Positions 46,909 through 57,524 of a DNA stretch of 64,000 nt are shown here, piece by piece (within the stretch, counting starts at the first letter, position 1; each line of letters starts with the position of its first letter). A model generated the notes under the pieces. It saw only the letters and a list, made by a program, of their open reading frames with translations. It was not told where the DNA came from and did not search any database. The DNA is from an uncultured Clostridia bacterium (GTDB taxonomy: Bacteria > Bacillota > Clostridia > TANB77 > CAG-508). The stretch covers positions 24,325 through 88,324 of the forward strand of contig CAPXSA010000005.1 of assembly GCA_948735595.1 (NCBI GenBank), in the 5' to 3' direction. The position numbers and the translations under genes were made by a program.

Positions 46909-48003
46909 ATGTCAGATAAAACAAAAAATGTAGTAGTAACATTTACATTTTTATTAGTGCTAGTATTATTTTTTGTCATCAACTTATGTACCAAAGACAT
47001 AGAAATATCTTATGCAGAAAGAAGAAAACTTGCACAGTTTCCCAAGATAACAGTAAAGAAGTTATTAGATGGCAGTTTAGGACAAGATTTTGATAAATAC
47101 AGTACAGACCAAATGATAAAAAGGGAAGACTTTAGAAAATTAAAAGCAGCATTAGAACTAGATGTATTTAGAAAAAAAGACAATCATGATATTTATTTAT
47201 ATCAAGATAGTTTGGTTAAAATAGAATATCCATTAAATGAAGTATCTATATCTAATGCAACTAATAAAATAAATGCTATTCAAAATGACTATTTACAAGG
47301 GATGAAATGCTATTATACAATTGTTCCAGATAAGAATTACTTTGTTAGCAGAGAAGAATATATTGGTATGGACTATGAAAAAATGGAAGCAATAATGGAA
47401 CAAAACTTAAAAGGAATGGAATATATCCCTATTTTTGATTGCTTACAATTAAAAGATTATTATGTAACAGATATTCATTGGAAGCAAGAAAATTTACAAA
47501 AGGTAGTAGATAGAATTAGTACAAAAATGAATTTTAAAAACAGAATGCATGCTAATTATACAAAACAAGATGTAATTGAGTTTGATGGTGTGTATGCAGG
47601 GCAGTTAGCAGTTAAAACAGCAAAGGATAAGATTTGTGTTAGTACAAATGAAATCCTAGAAAATGCAACCGTATATAACTATGAAAATAAGAAAGAAACT
47701 AAAATATATGACAAAGAAAAACTAAGTAGCAATGACAAGTATGATATTTACTTATCAGGACCAACACCACTAATTACTATAACCAATCCAAAAGGAGAAG
47801 AAGGAAAAGAGCTAGTAGTATTTAGAGATTCTTTTGCTAGTAGTCTAGTTCCTTTATTTACAGAGGCTTATTCTAAAATAACATTAGTAGATATTAGATA
47901 TATGAGAAGTAAAGATATTGGAAACTATATAGAATTTGAAGACCAGGATATATTGTTTATTTATAGTACAACAGTTTTAAATAATAGTAGTACATTCAAA
48001 TAA
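46909..48003 (+). CDS. DHHW-family (AlgX/AlgJ-like SGNH) protein, partner of the MBOAT
   Basis: N-terminal TM anchor and a TDIHW motif. Gene order MBOAT-DHHW is typical. Confidence 0.8.
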   Translation: MSDKTKNVVVTFTFLLVLVLFFVINLCTKDIEISYAERRKLAQFPKITVKKLLDGSLGQDFDKYSTDQMIKREDFRKLKAALELDVFRKKDNHDIYLYQDSLVKIEYPLNEVSISNATNKINAIQNDYLQGMKCYYTIVPDKNYFVSREEYIGMDYEKMEAIMEQNLKGMEYIPIFDCLQLKDYYVTDIHWKQENLQKVVDRISTKMNFKNRMHANYTKQDVIEFDGVYAGQLAVKTAKDKICVSTNEILENATVYNYENKKETKIYDKEKLSSNDKYDIYLSGPTPLITITNPKGEEGKELVVFRDSFASSLVPLFTEAYSKITLVDIRYMRSKDIGNYIEFEDQDILFIYSTTVLNNSSTFK

Positions 48004-48017
48004 AAGGAGGAAGCAAT

Positions 48018-48509
48018 ATGGGAGGAATTAGTGTTATACTTTTAATGGGAATATTATCAGCAATTTTTTATATTTTTCTTGCAATATTTTTACTCATTAT
48101 CCTATATCAAATTATGACTTACGTTTTTGAAAGTATTGCGATTATGGAAATGAGTAAAAACTTAGAATATAAAGCAGTGGGAACAGCATGGATACCATTT
48201 TATAATAAATATCTATTAGGAAAAATTGCAGGACATAAAATTTTAGGGAGCATGGTAGCAGTATTAAATGCTGTAATGGCAGTAACTTGCTTTTGGAGTT
48301 ATATGCAAGGTAATATGATTTTATTCGGAATATTTTTAATTTGTATATTGATTAGTTTTGTATTAGATGTTATTATAGCACACAAAATATATACAAAAGC
48401 AATCGGCAAATACGGTGATATTTTTACTGTATTTAGTGTACTAACTTTAGGATTTTTGAGACCAATATTTCTTTTTGCGATAAGAAGTAAAGTAAAAAAA
48501 GAAACTTAA
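48018..48509 (+). CDS. Hypothetical multi-pass membrane protein
   Basis: 163 aa, AAAGGAGG RBS, four hydrophobic segments. Confidence 0.65.
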   Translation: MGGISVILLMGILSAIFYIFLAIFLLIILYQIMTYVFESIAIMEMSKNLEYKAVGTAWIPFYNKYLLGKIAGHKILGSMVAVLNAVMAVTCFWSYMQGNMILFGIFLICILISFVLDVIIAHKIYTKAIGKYGDIFTVFSVLTLGFLRPIFLFAIRSKVKKET

Positions 48510-48604
48510 GCAGAAGATATTGACATAAAAATTTAGATATTATATAGTACCCCTTACATGAGAAGATAAGGGGCTTTTATTTTGCCAAAATGGAGGAGGA
48601 AATA

Positions 48605-49933
48605 ATGAACATACAATTATCGGAACATTTTACGTATAAAAAATTAATTCAGTTTACTATACCAACTATTATTATGATGATATTTACTTCCATTTATGGC
48701 GTAGTAGACGGACTATTTGTATCAAACTGTGTAGGCTCAGATGCCTTTGCAGGAGTGAACTTAATTATGCCAGCGATTATGATTTTAGGTTCAATAGGTT
48801 TTATGATAGGTACAGGTGGAAGTGCCCTAGTTTCTAAAACAATAGGGGAGGGAAACAAAGAAAAAGCAAATAGGTATTTTTCTATGCTTCTTTATGTGGT
48901 TACGATTATAGGTTTCATTTTTACAGTTATAGGGCTTATTGTAATGGAACCAGTAGCAAAACTACTAGGAGCGGAAGGAAATCTTGTAGAGATTTGTGTA
49001 ACTTATGGTAGAACTTTAATTATTGCACTAATACCTTTTATGCTACAAAACTGTTTCCAAAGTTTCTTAATTGTAGCAGAAAAGCCAAGAATGGGACTAA
49101 TCATTTCCATTATAACTGGTGTGCTAAATATGATCTTAGACTTTCTGTTTATCTATGTTTTTAAAATGGGAGTTTTTGGAGCAGCAGTTGCTACAGGAAT
49201 TAGTCAATTGATAGGAGGAATTGTACCACTTATTTACTTTATAAAGAAAAGTGAAACCTTGAAATTAGTGAAAACAAAATTTGAATTAAAGCCAATCTTA
49301 CAAGCATGTGCCAATGGTTCTTCTGAAATGGTGACGAATATTTCCATGTCATTAGTAAATATGCTATACAATTTACAATTAATGAAATATGCTGGGTCAG
49401 ATGGAGTAGTAGCTTATGGAATTATTATGTATGTTAGCTTTATCTTTTCAGGAACTTATATGGGATACTCCATAGGTTCAGCACCAATTGTAGGATATCA
49501 TTATGGAGCAGAAAATAAAGAAGAATTAAAAAGCTTATTGAAAAAGAGTTTGAAGCTTTTAACAATTACATCAATTGTCATGACAGCAATAGGAGAATTA
49601 TTAGCCAAGCCATTAGCAAGTATATTTGTTAGTTATGATGCAAATCTATTAGATATGACAACAAATGCCATACGCATATTTTCAATTTCTTACTTAATTA
49701 GTGGAATTAATATTTTTGCATCATCTTTTTTTACTGCATTAAACAATGGAGTGGTTTCAGCAGCTATTTCATTTTTAAGAACACTACTTTTCCAAATAGC
49801 AATGATATTTATACTTCCACTTATTTGGGGATTAAATGGTATTTGGATTGCAGTTATTTTTGCAGAAGTATTAGCATTAATAGTTAGTATCACCTTCCTT
49901 GTAGTAAATAGGAAAAAATACCAATATATTTAA
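48605..49933 (+). CDS. MATE-family efflux transporter
   Basis: 12-TM protein with ..P.I..M......Y..VD..FV MATE N-terminal pattern. The ATG at 48605 follows GGAGGAGG; the track start at 48590 is also possible. Confidence 0.9.
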   Translation: MNIQLSEHFTYKKLIQFTIPTIIMMIFTSIYGVVDGLFVSNCVGSDAFAGVNLIMPAIMILGSIGFMIGTGGSALVSKTIGEGNKEKANRYFSMLLYVVTIIGFIFTVIGLIVMEPVAKLLGAEGNLVEICVTYGRTLIIALIPFMLQNCFQSFLIVAEKPRMGLIISIITGVLNMILDFLFIYVFKMGVFGAAVATGISQLIGGIVPLIYFIKKSETLKLVKTKFELKPILQACANGSSEMVTNISMSLVNMLYNLQLMKYAGSDGVVAYGIIMYVSFIFSGTYMGYSIGSAPIVGYHYGAENKEELKSLLKKSLKLLTITSIVMTAIGELLAKPLASIFVSYDANLLDMTTNAIRIFSISYLISGINIFASSFFTALNNGVVSAAISFLRTLLFQIAMIFILPLIWGLNGIWIAVIFAEVLALIVSITFLVVNRKKYQYI

Positions 49934-49940
49934 AAATAGG

Positions 49941-49971
49941 GCAGATAATTTCTTGAAAATTATCTGCTTTT
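49941..49971 (+). terminator. Intrinsic terminator
   Basis: GCAGATAATT-7 nt-AATTATCTGC followed by TTTT. Confidence 0.8.
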
Positions 49972-50010
49972 GTAATATGATATGGAAATAAATAATGAAG
50001 AAGAGGAAAA

Positions 50011-50640
50011 ATGAAAGAGTTTATTAAAAAGAATTTAAAGTGGTTTATCTTATTAATCTGCTTAGTTGGATTTTTAAAGCTAGCAGAAGATGTGTTTAGT
50101 AAGGAAATATTACAAGCAGATATTGTAGGATATGAGTTAATATCTAGCTTTCTCATATCAGATTTTGCTACACCAATTGCAAAATTGATTACTAATTTTG
50201 GTGGAGCGCTAGTTTTAATAGGAACTACCATTATTTTAGTTATTAGTATTAAAAATAGAAGAATAGGACTTTCTATTATCGCCAATTTAGGTATTGTAAC
50301 AGGTTTGAATATTGTATTAAAACAAATTGTGCAAAGACCAAGACCCACAGAATATAGAATTGTTAATGAAACAGGTTATAGTTTTCCATCAGGGCATTCT
50401 ATGGTTAGTATGGCTTTTTATGGATTTTTGATTTATCTTATTTATAAGTATGTGAAGAATCAGTATTTGAAAATAGGGTTGATTACATTTTTAAGCATTC
50501 TAATTATTTCTATTGGAATTAGTAGAATTTATTTAGGAGTACATTATACAAGTGACGTCATGGCAGGTTTTTGCATATCAGTTTCCTATTTAGTGCTATA
50601 TATAAGTAGTGTAAGCAATTGGATAAAGGCAAGTGATTAA
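50011..50640 (+). CDS. PAP2-family phosphatase (undecaprenyl-diphosphatase-like)
   Basis: KQIVQRPRP, PSGHS and SRIYLGVHYTSDV are the three PAP2 motifs. Confidence 0.9.
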   Translation: MKEFIKKNLKWFILLICLVGFLKLAEDVFSKEILQADIVGYELISSFLISDFATPIAKLITNFGGALVLIGTTIILVISIKNRRIGLSIIANLGIVTGLNIVLKQIVQRPRPTEYRIVNETGYSFPSGHSMVSMAFYGFLIYLIYKYVKNQYLKIGLITFLSILIISIGISRIYLGVHYTSDVMAGFCISVSYLVLYISSVSNWIKASD

Positions 50641-50695
50641 TTCATAATTACTTGCTTTTATGTTATAATTTAGAAAAAATGGAGGAAAAAATAAG

Positions 50696-51310
50696 ATGGA
50701 AAAATGGTTGAAATGGGCTATTGAAATACAGAGTTTAGCACAAGCAGGGCTTGCATATACACAAAATGTTTATGATATAGAAAGATATGAAAGATTAAGA
50801 GAGATAGCAGCAGAAATGATAGGAGAAAAAAGTGATATTAGTTTGGAAAAAGTAAAAGATTTATTTTGCAATGAAACAGGTTACCAAACACCAAAGCTAG
50901 ATACAAGAGCTGCTATATTTCAGGATAATAAAATTCTATTAACTCATGAAATGAATGGAACTTGGTCATTACCAGGTGGTTGGGTAGATGTATTAGAATC
51001 TGCAAAATCGAATACCATAAAAGAAGTAAAAGAAGAAACAGGATTAGATGTAGAAACGGTAAAATTAATTGCCGTGCAAGATAGAAATAAACATAATAGA
51101 CCAGTGTATGCTTATGGAATATGGAAGGTATTTGTTTTGTGTGAACGAATTGATGGAGAATTTGTAGAAAATATTGAAACAACAGAAATAAAATATTTTG
51201 GCTTAGAGGAATTGCCAGATAATTTAGCAGAAGAAAAATGTACAAAAGATCAAATAGAAATGTGTTTTCAAGCAAGGAAAGATGAAAATTGGCAGGTACA
51301 ATTTGATTAA
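50696..51310 (+). CDS. NUDIX hydrolase with an N-terminal helical domain
   Basis: Nudix box GGWVDVLESAKSNTIKEVKEETGL. Confidence 0.88.
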   Translation: MEKWLKWAIEIQSLAQAGLAYTQNVYDIERYERLREIAAEMIGEKSDISLEKVKDLFCNETGYQTPKLDTRAAIFQDNKILLTHEMNGTWSLPGGWVDVLESAKSNTIKEVKEETGLDVETVKLIAVQDRNKHNRPVYAYGIWKVFVLCERIDGEFVENIETTEIKYFGLEELPDNLAEEKCTKDQIEMCFQARKDENWQVQFD

Positions 51311-51399
51311 TAATTGAGAAAATATTTTAGAACTATTGACTTGGAGTTAACTATAAGTGGTATATATACTGTAAAGAAATTGATAGTAGGAGGCAAATT

Positions 51400-51876
51400 A
51401 TGAATAAATTAATTGTATATTTTTCATATACCAATAACACAAGGATGATAGCTAATAGAATTAAAGAAAAATTAGAATGCGATATTTTAGAGGTTAAAAC
51501 AGTTATGCCATATTCACAAGATTATGAGACAGTAGTTAATGATGAACAAAACAGTGAGGCAAGTAATCACTTACCAGAAATTCAAAAGATAGATGTAGAT
51601 TTAAGTAAGTATGATGAAATGATTATAGGAACTCCAGTATGGTGGTATAGACCAGTGCCAGCGATTAGAACCTTTCTAAGCCAAAATAATTTATCAGGAA
51701 AAGTGATTAAACCCTATGCTACAAATGCAGGTTGGCTTGGTAAAACTTTTCAAGAAATAAAAATGCTTTGTCCGAATTCAGAAGTAGAGGAAGGTATGAA
51801 TATTGTGTTTGAAAGTTATAGTGATAAATTAGTTACAAAAGAACAAGAAATTGAAAATTGGATAAATCAGTTATAG
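51400..51876 (+). CDS. Flavodoxin-family protein
   Basis: KLIVYFSYTNNTR..IGTPVWWY pattern is flavodoxin-like. Confidence 0.85.
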   Translation: MNKLIVYFSYTNNTRMIANRIKEKLECDILEVKTVMPYSQDYETVVNDEQNSEASNHLPEIQKIDVDLSKYDEMIIGTPVWWYRPVPAIRTFLSQNNLSGKVIKPYATNAGWLGKTFQEIKMLCPNSEVEEGMNIVFESYSDKLVTKEQEIENWINQL

Positions 51877-51883
51877 AAAAAAG

Positions 51884-51913
51884 AAGCAGGTGATTGATAG
51901 TCACTTGCTTTTA
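51884..51913 (+). terminator. Intrinsic terminator
   Basis: AAGCAGGTGA-7 nt-TCACTTGCTT followed by TT. Confidence 0.6.
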
Positions 51914-51947
51914 AGATATAATAGGGATAAAAGATAGGAGAAATAAT

Positions 51948-52415
51948 ATGAATATTTATGATATTTTAAAAGAATTAGATATAAGATATGAAGAAATAGA
52001 ACATAAAGCCACATATACAGCAGAGGAAGCATTACAAGAGAATATTGCTAATAGAATTGATGGAATAGGATGTAAAAATTTATTTGTCAAAAGCAAAAAT
52101 AAATATTATCTCATTTTTATAAAAGCAGAGAAGAGAGCAGAACTAAAGCTTGTAGCGGAGTTGTTAAATGAAACGAGATTGAGTTTTGCAAGTGAGAAGG
52201 AATTAAAAGATATATTAAATCTTACAATAGGTAGTGTCACACCATTTGGATTAGTAAATGATAGGGAAAATTTAGTAACATTATTAATAGACAAAGAATT
52301 AGAAAATCAGAAGGTTTTAGTTCATCCTAATGTGAACACAAAAACAGTATCTATACAGCTAAGTGATTTAATCAAATTAGTAGAGCATATCAAACATCAA
52401 TATATTTTATTTTAA
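51948..52415 (+). CDS. YbaK/ProX-type aminoacyl-tRNA editing domain protein
   Basis: ..CKNLFVK......YL......K...LK......G.....FAS...L......GSVTPFG is the YbaK-like deacylase pattern. Confidence 0.85.
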   Translation: MNIYDILKELDIRYEEIEHKATYTAEEALQENIANRIDGIGCKNLFVKSKNKYYLIFIKAEKRAELKLVAELLNETRLSFASEKELKDILNLTIGSVTPFGLVNDRENLVTLLIDKELENQKVLVHPNVNTKTVSIQLSDLIKLVEHIKHQYILF

Positions 52416-52489
52416 AGTTGTAAAATCAGGAAGGGAATGTTATAATTAATCTCGCTTTAAATTAGAGAAACGGAGGAGAGGAAAGAAAT

Positions 52490-52693
52490 ATGGGAAAGAA
52501 GTTAAAAATTATTATAGAAAATTGTCCACAAAATCATAAATGTCCTGCTGTGAAGGTTTGCCCAGTAGGAGCATTAACACAAAAAGACTTTGAAGCACCA
52601 GAAATTGATTATGAGAAATGTATTAGATGTGGCAAATGTTCTAATTTTTGTCCTAAAAAAGCATTAGTGCTACATGAGGAGGAAAGCAAGTGA
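52490..52693 (+). CDS. Small 4Fe-4S ferredoxin-domain protein
   Basis: CIRCGKCSNFCP cluster motif plus a CP..HKCPAVKVCP motif. Confidence 0.8.
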   Translation: MGKKLKIIIENCPQNHKCPAVKVCPVGALTQKDFEAPEIDYEKCIRCGKCSNFCPKKALVLHEEESK

Positions 52694-53640
52694 TAGTTTC
52701 AATCTTTTTTATTATTGTAGGATTTGCACTTCTGGTTTTAGGAGCTGATTGGTTAGTAAATGGAGCAAGTAGGATAGCGAAGAAGTTTCATATTCCAGAA
52801 ATCATCATAGGACTTACTATTGTTTCAATAGGGACATCCATGCCAGAGCTATTTGTTAGTACAACATCAGCTTTAGAAGGACTTTCTGATATGTCTATTG
52901 GAAATGTAGTTGGAAGCAATTTATGTAATTTGTTACTCATATTAGGACTTTCCACTATTATAAAACCAGTTAAATTTCAAAAAGAAACTAGACTTTATGA
53001 AATTCCTATGTGCTTGGTATTTACTGTAATTTTCATTATTCTTTGCAATACAGGTGGAACAATTAATAAAGTAGAAGCAGTACTGTTACTTCTTTTATTC
53101 TTACTATTCATTACTTATACTATTTTTATGGCAAAGAAACAAAACAGTCAAGAAAAGCAGGAAGAAGTAAAAACACAAAAGAAGTTATTGCCAATTTTAA
53201 AAGATATCTTATGGATTGTATTAGGTGTTATAGGATTAAAAATTGGTGGAGATTTAGCTGTAAATAATGCTGTTAATATTGCTAACTATTTTGGAGTTAG
53301 TGAGAAAATCATTGGTTTAACGATACTTGCAGTAGGGACAAGTCTTCCAGAATTAGTAACAAGTGTAACTGCAGCGATTAAAGGTAATAGTGATATTGCA
53401 ATTGGAAATATTATTGGTTCTAACATATTTAATATGTTACTAATTATTGGTGTGGCTGCTTTTATTAATCCAATTAGCTATAACTTTAGTTATAACATGG
53501 ATTTAATAGTATTAGTAGTAGCAACATTAATTTTAGCGTTATTCCCAGTCATTCCACCTAAAAATGAAATGAGTAGAGCAAATGGAATAATTTATTTCTT
53601 AATGTATGTAGGATATATAGGATATTTATTAGTAAATTAA
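52690..53640 (+). CDS. Ca2+/Na+ antiporter (CaCA family, YrbG-like)
   Basis: Two alpha-repeats, GTSMPELFVS and GTSLPELVTS. GTG start coupled to the upstream stop. Confidence 0.92.
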   Translation: MIVSIFFIIVGFALLVLGADWLVNGASRIAKKFHIPEIIIGLTIVSIGTSMPELFVSTTSALEGLSDMSIGNVVGSNLCNLLLILGLSTIIKPVKFQKETRLYEIPMCLVFTVIFIILCNTGGTINKVEAVLLLLLFLLFITYTIFMAKKQNSQEKQEEVKTQKKLLPILKDILWIVLGVIGLKIGGDLAVNNAVNIANYFGVSEKIIGLTILAVGTSLPELVTSVTAAIKGNSDIAIGNIIGSNIFNMLLIIGVAAFINPISYNFSYNMDLIVLVVATLILALFPVIPPKNEMSRANGIIYFLMYVGYIGYLLVN

Positions 53641-53698
53641 TTAACATAAGGGAGCAGAGATGCTCTCTTTTATTTTTAAGAAAACTTAAAAGGAAATA

Positions 53699-53727
53699 TT
53701 GACATATAGATTATTATATAGTATAAT
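53699..53727 (+). promoter_or_regulatory. Consensus sigma-A promoter (TTGACA-17-TATAAT)
   Basis: Hexamers at 53699-53704 and 53722-53727, upstream of the RhuM-Fic gene. Confidence 0.7.
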
Positions 53728-53816
53728 GCAAACAATAGTTTTGAGAAAAATGAACAGAGTTTAAACATAGCAATAGATGTAGCTAACTAAATTTTTATGG
53801 AAAAGGAAGTGGTTGT

Positions 53817-54770
53817 ATGGACGAAAAAAAGAATGAAATTATCTTATTTGAAAATCAAGGTGTGAAATTGGAGGTTAATTTAAAAGATGAAACAGTATGG
53901 CTTACTCAAAAACAAATGGCAGAGTTATTTAATAAAGACAGAAAAACAATAACAAGACATATTCAAAATGTATACACAGACGAGGAGTTAGAAGAGAATG
54001 CAGTATGCTCATTTTTTGAGCATACTGCCGAAGATGGAAAAAGATATAAAGTCCAATATTATAATCTTGATATGATTATTTCTATTGGATATCGTGTAAA
54101 ATCAGCACAAGGTATTGCTTTTAGAAAATGGGCTACGAAGATCTTAAAAGACTATATGTTAAAAGGATATGCTGTAAACCAAAAAAGATTAGAATATTTA
54201 GAAAAGACAATAAAATTAATAGATATAGCAAATCGTATGGATGAAAGATTAGAAAATCATGATGCAAAAGAAATATTAAAAGTAATTGGAGAATATTCAA
54301 AAGCATTAGATTTATTAGATGATTATGATCACAAAACATTAAAGAAGATAAAGGGAAATATTGATGAAAGGAAAATTGAATATAATCAATGTATAGAAGT
54401 TATTAATAAGCTTAGATTTAATGAAGAAAGTACATTGTTTGCTGTTGAAAGAGAAAAAGGATTAGAGTCAATTATAGGGAATATTTATCAAAGTTTTGGT
54501 GGACAAGATATATACAAAAGCATAGAAGAAAAAAGTGCTAATTTTTTATATTTAATAGTAAAGAACCATGTATTTACAGATGGGAATAAAAGAATTGCAG
54601 CAACTTTATTTATCTATTTCTTAAACTTTTATGATATTTTATATAAAAATGGTGAACAAACCATTGATAATAACACTTTAGCAGCATTAACATTATTGAT
54701 AGCAGAATCAAATCCAAAGGAAAAAGAGATAATGATAGACTTAGTAATGAATTTTCTAAATAATGATTAA
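53817..54770 (+). CDS. RhuM-family N-domain fused to a Fic/DOC domain
   Basis: ..VWLTQKQMAELF......ITRHI.N.. and ..YNLDMIISIGYRVKS..G..FRKWAT are RhuM signatures. The C-terminal HVFTDGNKR is the Fic motif HxFxDGNxR. Confidence 0.88.
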   Translation: MDEKKNEIILFENQGVKLEVNLKDETVWLTQKQMAELFNKDRKTITRHIQNVYTDEELEENAVCSFFEHTAEDGKRYKVQYYNLDMIISIGYRVKSAQGIAFRKWATKILKDYMLKGYAVNQKRLEYLEKTIKLIDIANRMDERLENHDAKEILKVIGEYSKALDLLDDYDHKTLKKIKGNIDERKIEYNQCIEVINKLRFNEESTLFAVEREKGLESIIGNIYQSFGGQDIYKSIEEKSANFLYLIVKNHVFTDGNKRIAATLFIYFLNFYDILYKNGEQTIDNNTLAALTLLIAESNPKEKEIMIDLVMNFLNND

Positions 54771-54946
54771 TTATAATGCTACTCAAATATTACAACCTAA
54801 TATAGACATCATAAAAATAAAATAGAATGGTAAAAGATGGATAGTACATAACTATCTGTCTTTTTTATAGCATGCAATATTTAAAGTATAGGAATAGATT
54901 TTTTCAACCATTGAACTAAAAGAATAGATATAGTATAATATTCAAT

Positions 54947-55612
54947 ATGAAAATGATAAGAAAGATATTTATAGTAATTGTTATAATTTTTATATTAATT
55001 CTAGTAGCTTTAAGTGTAATATTAATCTATGATAAAAATAAAAAGAGTTATTGTGCCGAGGACTTTGGAATTGAGATATTAACTAGTCAAACAGATTATG
55101 ATAAGGATGGCATAGATGATTATACAGATATTTTGCAAGGAGCAAAGATTGAAGCAAAGAATAAACCAAGATATAAAAGTGCATATTATGCAGGGGGCTA
55201 TCCACCAGATGATGAGGGAGTATGTACAGATGTCATTTGGAGAGCATTAAAAAATGCAGGATATTCGTTGAAAGAAATGGTGGATGAAGACATAAAAAAT
55301 AATGTAAAGGAATATCCACGAGTTGCAGGAAATCCAGATACTAACATAGATTTTAGAAGAGTGCCAAATTTGAAAGTATATTTTGAAAGAAATCAGTTAG
55401 TATTAACTACAGATTTATCTAAAATCGAGGAATGGCAACCAGGGGATATAGTGATCTTTGGTACATCACATATAGGAATTATTTCAGATAAAAGAAATAA
55501 AAATGGGATACCATATTTAATACATAATGGAGGGCAACCGATAAGAGAAGAAGACATATTAGAAAGATACAATGAATATGAACCGATTACAGGGCATTAT
55601 AGAATGAAATAG
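54947..55612 (+). CDS. DUF1287-family protein with an N-terminal anchor
   Basis: ..GVCTDVIWRA....G......D.......YP....PD.NIDFRRVPNL..YF......QPGDIV.F...HIGI.SD is the DUF1287 pattern. Confidence 0.8.
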   Translation: MKMIRKIFIVIVIIFILILVALSVILIYDKNKKSYCAEDFGIEILTSQTDYDKDGIDDYTDILQGAKIEAKNKPRYKSAYYAGGYPPDDEGVCTDVIWRALKNAGYSLKEMVDEDIKNNVKEYPRVAGNPDTNIDFRRVPNLKVYFERNQLVLTTDLSKIEEWQPGDIVIFGTSHIGIISDKRNKNGIPYLIHNGGQPIREEDILERYNEYEPITGHYRMK

Positions 55613-55639
55613 TAATTTATAAAATGAAAGGATTTTAGT

Positions 55640-56026
55640 ATGAATAAAGAAATAGAAGAGTTAATAGCGGCTGCTGATAAAGCGATAAAAGAAGAAAGAT
55701 TTGATGATTTAAAGGAGTTTTATACAGAGGATGCTGTACTTGTAGTAAAGCCAGGACTAGAAGTTAAAGGTAAAGAGGCTATTAAAGAAGCATTTATAAA
55801 AATTGCTGACTATTTTAATAATAGTGTAGTTCCAACACAAGGAAAAATGTTAATGGTTGAGGCAGGAGATACAGTATTGGTCTTATCCCAAACTTTATTA
55901 GATGCAGAAAATAAAGAAAGTTCTGAATATAGTATGGATCGTAGAGCAACTTATGTGTATAGAAAGATTGATGGGAAATGGTTATGTGCTATAGATAATT
56001 CTTATGGAACAACATTACTTGATTAA
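55640..56026 (+). CDS. SnoaL/DUF4440-like (NTF2 fold) protein
   Basis: 128 aa with ..[11 protein letters not shown].....GKEAI...F and ..[13 protein letters not shown]. Confidence 0.75.
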   Translation: MNKEIEELIAAADKAIKEERFDDLKEFYTEDAVLVVKPGLEVKGKEAIKEAFIKIADYFNNSVVPTQGKMLMVEAGDTVLVLSQTLLDAENKESSEYSMDRRATYVYRKIDGKWLCAIDNSYGTTLLD

Positions 56027-56150
56027 AGGATGCAAATAAGTAGGAAGATTATTGGTATTACAAAACAAGTAAGAAAACAGATAAATAAGAGTTTTGGTGA
56101 CACTGTTGATGTTGTGATAAGAGTACGATAGATTGGAAAGGAAACCATAT

Positions 56151-56930
56151 ATGTATTATCCAAAACAAATACCATATTTACTAGACAAAGAATTTAAAGA
56201 AAATGTAGCATATACAGAATATCATATTGAAGAATTAGAAGACTATTGCATGTGTATTTGGACAATGAAGTCCAAGAAAATATTAGACAAAACCATAGCT
56301 AACAATATTTTACCAGATGCTTGTATTGATATTGTAATAGACTTTGCAAAACGTACCATCTGTTTTGCAGGATTTAGCAAAGAAACAGAGCCCTTCCAAT
56401 TAAAACAAAATATAGACTATATGGGTGTTAGATTAAAACCAAGTATATTTTATTCGCTTTTTCATATAGGAGCAGATAAGATAATGGATAAAGAGATACC
56501 TTTTAATGAAATAGAAAAAGAGATTAGTTTGGAGGCTATACTAAATTTAAAAGATATAGGTGAAAGAATAGAATACTTGAAAGGCTATTTGCTTGAAAAA
56601 ACAAGAAATCAAAAAGAAATGCAATTTGTAGAACTAGTGGAGGAATTATATAAAAGTCCAAAAGAGCAAAGTGTTATAGAGATAGCAGAGAAGTTTGGCT
56701 ATCATGAAAGACATTTATATAGGGTATTTAAAACAAATTATGGAGTAGCACCTAAAGTTTTATTAAATATATTAAGATTGCATTTATGTTTGACTTTCAT
56801 GCTAGAAGAAAATAAGGATTTAGTAGAAATTGCATGCCTTTGTGGATTTTATGACCAATCTCATTTGATTAGAGAAATTAAGAAATACACAGGGATTTCT
56901 CCGTTAAAAATGTTGAGAAACTATCAGTAA
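56151..56930 (+). CDS. AraC-family transcriptional regulator
   Basis: C-terminal double HTH (..IAEKFGYHERHLYRVFK...G..PK.....RL......CGFYDQSHLIREIKKYTGISP). The ATG at 56151 follows GGAAAGGAAA. Confidence 0.88.
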   Translation: MYYPKQIPYLLDKEFKENVAYTEYHIEELEDYCMCIWTMKSKKILDKTIANNILPDACIDIVIDFAKRTICFAGFSKETEPFQLKQNIDYMGVRLKPSIFYSLFHIGADKIMDKEIPFNEIEKEISLEAILNLKDIGERIEYLKGYLLEKTRNQKEMQFVELVEELYKSPKEQSVIEIAEKFGYHERHLYRVFKTNYGVAPKVLLNILRLHLCLTFMLEENKDLVEIACLCGFYDQSHLIREIKKYTGISPLKMLRNYQ

Positions 56931-56998
56931 AAAAATGTCCGTTTTTTACAATACAATTTTAATCTGCTTACATATAATCCTAATGGAGGTAGAAAAAG

Positions 56999-57379
56999 AT
57001 GTACGAAACAATTACAACTAATATTATGGTTAAAAATGTAAAAGAAACAATACAATTCTATGAAGAAAAGTTAGGATTTCAAAAGGTGTTAAGTGTTCCA
57101 GAAGAGGGAGAAGTTTTGAATTTTGCTATTTTAGTTAAGGACAAAATTTCAATTATGTTACAAGAACAAACCAATTTACTTGAAGAATATCCAAGTTTAA
57201 AAACAGGAGAAATTGTGCCAACATTTACTCTATTTATAACAGTAAACAATGTAGAAGAGATGTATCATAGCCTAAAAGAAAAAGTAAAAATTGCAAAAGA
57301 ACTTCACAAAACTTTTTATGGGAAAGATGAATTTGCTATTTTTGATAATAACGGAAATATTTTAACGATATCTTGTTAA
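56999..57379 (+). CDS. VOC/glyoxalase-bleomycin resistance family protein
   Basis: 126 aa with ..V.NV.ETI.FYEEKLGF and ..YG..EFAI.DNNG. Confidence 0.8.
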   Translation: MYETITTNIMVKNVKETIQFYEEKLGFQKVLSVPEEGEVLNFAILVKDKISIMLQEQTNLLEEYPSLKTGEIVPTFTLFITVNNVEEMYHSLKEKVKIAKELHKTFYGKDEFAIFDNNGNILTISC

Positions 57380-57524
57380 AATGGTAAGCGAAAATATAGA
57401 AGAAAGCAGGAAAATAGAGATATTAGAGGAGAATATAGAGAAATTTATCCAAGAATTGAGTAAGTAGCTAATTGCAAGCTACTTACTTTTATGTTATGAT
57501 GTAAAAAATAGAAGGGAGAAAAAT

